A stretch of DNA of 64,000 bases from Bugula neritina (taxonomy: Eukaryota > Animalia > Bryozoa). Location of the stretch: the NCBI GenBank assembly GCA_964035545.1, contig OZ037765.1, positions 3,038,001 to 3,102,000 of the forward strand. Direction: 5' to 3'. A program made the translations under genes and the position numbers. Numbering within the stretch: position 1 is the stretch's first letter; each line of letters starts with the position of its first letter. Below the pieces are notes generated by a model. The model had not been told where the DNA came from, searched no databases, and saw nothing but the letters and a program-made list of their open reading frames with translations. Shown piece by piece: positions 55,748 to 64,000 of this stretch.

Positions 55748-57090
55748 TATTATATATAGAGGTAATAGGGGCACAACAGTAATAGGGGTACAAAAAGCCA
55801 GTCAAATTGTGAGATAACCTATTCACTTAGAATTGTGAGTTGTTTTTAATAAAAAAGTATTGACATAATTATTCAGCCACTTTATAGTTACAACACTTTC
55901 GGAGCATACATGTTGAAGAGGCGAGTCAAAAACTGCTTTTACCTACTTTTTGTAAATTTTTTAAGATCTCATCAGAGCTTTATAACTTTTTACACTCAAA
56001 GGTAACAATCCTAGATTTTACTGATATTGTTGACATTGCTTGTCTCTACTTTGCTTAACTAATATAAAAACAAGTTCTCAAGTATTAACTTTCCTTGAGG
56101 CACATTTATTTTCAACTTGGCCACACCATTGCACAATGGGCCACGCTGATCGGGGTATTCAATGGGCCACCTGATCATTGCACCCTGATCACTGTTATTA
56201 GTGCTTTTGCCAAAAAGGTTAGTTGACATGTTAATAAAATCTATAGATATATCCATTTCTGATCGTTTTGTGAAATATCAAAGATATTATGGTAAGACTA
56301 CCAAACTACAAGGTGAAGCTCCTCTAATAGGCCTATATACATCTTTGCCATTTTGACATCATACAAAACACTCTGCTATTGCTACTAATGGATAATCATG
56401 ATATTTATTATGCATTATATTATTGAGGGAATATACATGTATTTGACTAAAATAAATTGTAGTTCCCTCATGTCCCCCCATCCTCCCCCCCCCCCCCTGC
56501 ACTCCAGTCACAAACCTCAGTCATGCGCCTGAGCTACAGTTTATTGAACAAAGTCTACTCGGAATTTTGTAGTACATGTTGCTAAACTTCTTTCTGATGA
56601 AAGTAACTTTAAACTGAAAATAAAAAAAACATTTTTAGTTTTAAACAGTTATGATAATGGCACCATAGAAATGAGTGATGTGCATTTGATTTTGCCTCCC
56701 TCTGCTATCTGTGGTGGTACAAACTGCAGTACAGATAAAACATGATTTTTGCTGTAGATCTGAAAAAGTATTTTTATTTATTTGTGTATATTAAATAAGT
56801 AAAGATCAGATGCAACCAAATTAGTAAGGTTTCAACATATTTGTTGTGTCTCACCCAGTGGCCCATTATACCCGGTATTGGGGCATAATGGGACATTTTT
56901 TTGTCATGGAAATGTCATTATTCTGAAAGTTGTGAAAGGAATAGAAACAACTAACTGATACCGATAATAGACAACTGGTGTAGCATTTAGACTAGAGATT
57001 AGTGAACTATAATTATAGTAACTTGAAAAACAGATGATTGAAAGCAAAATGTTTAAAATTCGCCTGTTGTGCCACTCCCTTGTTACCCGT

Positions 57091-57251
57091 GGCACAGCTG
57101 CGGCACAGCTGCGGCACAGCTGCGGCACAGCTGCGGCACAGCTGCGGCACAGCTGCGGCACAGCTGCGGCACAGCTGCGGCACAGCTGCGGCACAGCTGC
57201 GGCACAGCTGCGGCACAGCTGCGGCACAGCTGCGGCACAGCTGCGGCACAG
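57091..57251. repeat. 11-bp satellite (GGCACAGCTGC)n, about 14 copies
   Basis: Perfect tandem array about 320 bp upstream of the gene F start codon. Confidence 0.96.
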
Positions 57252-57570
57252 TTGTAGCACAGCTACAGTATGAAACAGCAAATATTAGTATTCCACAGAA
57301 ATTTTTAATTATTAGTACTTAAGCAAACTCCCTACTATGAGTTAGTAATTTGTTTTGAATCACTAAGTTGTGATAGCATCTAGCAAACATTCATTCCCAA
57401 ATGTACCTGTTAGCTTTTTACTACTTTGCAGGTAACCGCTTGATAATTTGTCCTTTATTTAATAGCTCTTGCTACTTTTTGATCACGTTGTTTTAGATTA
57501 AGAGAAATGGAAGAAACAGTTACAGTCAGAAAACATTGCTAGCGTTTGACCAAAGGCTATTTACATCAAC

Positions 57571-61753
<4,183 letters not shown>

Positions 61754-62595
61754 TTGCACATTTAAGTCATGTACTAATATTTGCTTGTGTAGTATGCAAA
61801 ATATTGAATTTAAAGAAATAAAACAGTTGCTAGTGTTATATCATGAAATTTTGAATTTCAATATCATTAATAATTATTGGCTGCGGTCTCTTAGGCTTGG
61901 TCATGTGACGCAATTACTATGGTAATGATAGCACAATAAAGAGGAAAATTCCAAGAATTGTCTTGTATATAACTTCTGAAATATTGCATTGCCTTGCATT
62001 GTTTGGACAACAAGCTAACACTACCAAGTTATATGCTATGCAGATCGATGCTTGACTTAACTCTACTCATAAATTGATCTACATATAAGCGGTTCTTGGA
62101 TTGATATTTCACTTTGGATGCATTGTAAGTCACTATGTAGTCAGCTTGAAGTAAGTGAATAAAATTTTTAATATTTATTAAATATTATAATTAGCCCATA
62201 AAATAAAAAATTGTTGAAAAATGTAAAAAATGCTTTCAAACAATGTTTTGCTAACTAGCTATTCATCATAACACAACTACTGGCAAGTATTTTAACAATA
62301 ATAATTATATTAATAGTTTCATTGCTCCAATATATTATTCTAATTTATTTATCCATTTATTTATTGCTTTTATAATAAATGATAAAAAAAGCAGCTCAGC
62401 TTTTTCTATTTGGAAGCAAATGCTCATTTCAAAAGCTATACTATTATAAGCCTTATATATGTAGGAGACATTGGCTATAAAAGCAAAATACAAAGCGGTC
62501 CTAATTTGATTCAAACTGTTTTATTAGACTGAGGACAAAATTATGTACTCTAACAAGATAAAATAAAATGGAAAAATACACAAACATCCAACAAC

Positions 62596-64000
62596 ATGGC
62601 TTCTTCTAAGTTAATATCTGAACGTTGGAACAACCTGATAATGCACAGCTTTTCTTCATGCATGACATTAGTATTGTTGTGCTGGGTTGAGTGGGGTGAG
62701 TAATATTAATTTTTATACAATTAATTGCATCCTTTTATTACTACTTATTATTATTTTATTGTTTCAAAATATTAAAAAATTTGGGACTCTTGTGGCTTCT
62801 AAAATATTAGTGCGCTTTACAGTTATAGTTAAATCTATAATGTAATATGACATCTACTTATGGAAACTATACACCAGCTATAATGCGAGTTTGGAAAGCT
62901 TGTTGAATAATTAGAGCTATACTTATATTATCATAGCTATGTTAGCTACACTATGTTTTATACATGCAATATATTATGGTTTTAGCTACTACAAAATAGC
63001 TAACTGTTTAGACTGTTATATAAACCCAGCATTTACTTCGATGTATTCACTTTTTCTCTAAAAGTTTGCTCTTTTTTTCAGACTGCGATAATAAACATGC
63101 ATATAATAAAACGCAACAGTTATCTTGCATTATTTTTCCTAATAAAAATTACATTACGCTTTGGTTATATTATTAATAATATTAAAATTTGATTTTACAG
63201 TTTGTTAGCAGTTGTCTACCCATATATCGAAAATGAACATAAGCAGACAACTCCCAACAATGAAGTGAAATTAAATTGTCTTTTAGGAAGTGCTGAAGTT
63301 CTTTCCTCATCAATAACGGTGTATGACAGCAGCTCCAATAGTCCCCTTTCTTCACCTGCACTTGTAGCGCAAAACACGAATATCGATATACAATGTAGAG
63401 CTACCTTTTCTCAGGATACTATTGGTCGATCATGGTCCAATCAAATGCACTATAAGATAGGATTGACAGTTGACTTTCCAGTGGTAAGTTGTATTCTTTT
63501 GGTAAATGCAATTCATACAACAGACGAATTTCAGTCTCTTGCAGTGTTAACTTCATGTGAAAAAATTATAAGAAATTTTTACTCAAAACTAAAAGTTGCA
63601 TATTTCTGCAGTCTCTAACTCATCACAAAATTGTATTATTATATAAAAACAAGAAAAATCATAAATTATGATTTATGCATGAGACATTTACCAGTTGGTA
63701 GTTGAAATATCATGTAAAATTGACATAATTGGCTAAGAACAAGTATTTGTTCTAGTTATATTATAGCATATCATGAACTGATTTGAAAAAAGTCATTAGA
63801 ATTATATTATTATACAATTTTAGACAAATTGTTCTGGTAGCCATGATGACGACATGAAGGTGAAACATGAATCAGACTATAACTACATTCTACCCTATGG
63901 ACTGACGTGTGGCTATAACAGAATGACAGCAAAGCTCAAGGTCACGGCATCACCTTCATCAGAAGTTAGATGTTTGTGGAGTCTCGACAACACTAACTAC
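62596..64000 (+). CDS. Ig-array gene G (5' part; continues beyond the window)
   Basis: Signal exon 62596-62695 (ATG could be 62641); D1a 63287-63483 (197 nt, DIQC..RSW); D1b from 63824 (C..C..VRCLW). Confidence 0.8.

Noticed and set aside
56904-57322. Repetitive ORFs (CRSCAAAVPQL / GTAAAQLRHSC)
   Set aside because: Artefacts of the 11-bp satellite.

Overview
AT-rich animal (invertebrate-type) genomic DNA with spliceosomal introns; the species cannot be fixed from sequence alone. (1) 1-4172: an intact, very young Ty3/Gypsy-type LTR retrotransposon on the minus strand. It has 210-bp LTRs, gag and a -1-frameshifted pol. Its primer-binding position is an exact 12-nt complement of the 5' end, not the 3' CCA end, of tRNA-Phe; a tRNA-Phe gene lies in the same window at 54273-54345. 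(2) 5367-17657: a 16-exon gene (about 1064 aa) with the architecture helical/ARM-like repeats - coiled coil - Death domain - TIR - TIR - CaaX (CVLL), with a 2.56-kb TIR-bounded DNA transposon in one intron. (3) 18114 to the window end: a head-to-tail array of at least seven paralogous single-pass Ig-superfamily genes (here called A-G). They share exon phases and lengths, and show atypical Cys/Trp signatures, divergent short tails, a near-identical N-terminal domain in E and F, and orphan stalk/TM exons. The layout resembles an invertebrate allorecognition or immune-receptor complex sitting directly beside a membrane-anchored Death/TIR protein. Also present: a spacer-less 176-bp palindrome made of two inverted minimal hammerhead ribozymes (Penelope-like relic), two tRNA-derived SINE families, and several satellites. 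All gene models were built by hand from splice signals and reading-frame continuity; no database searches were run.
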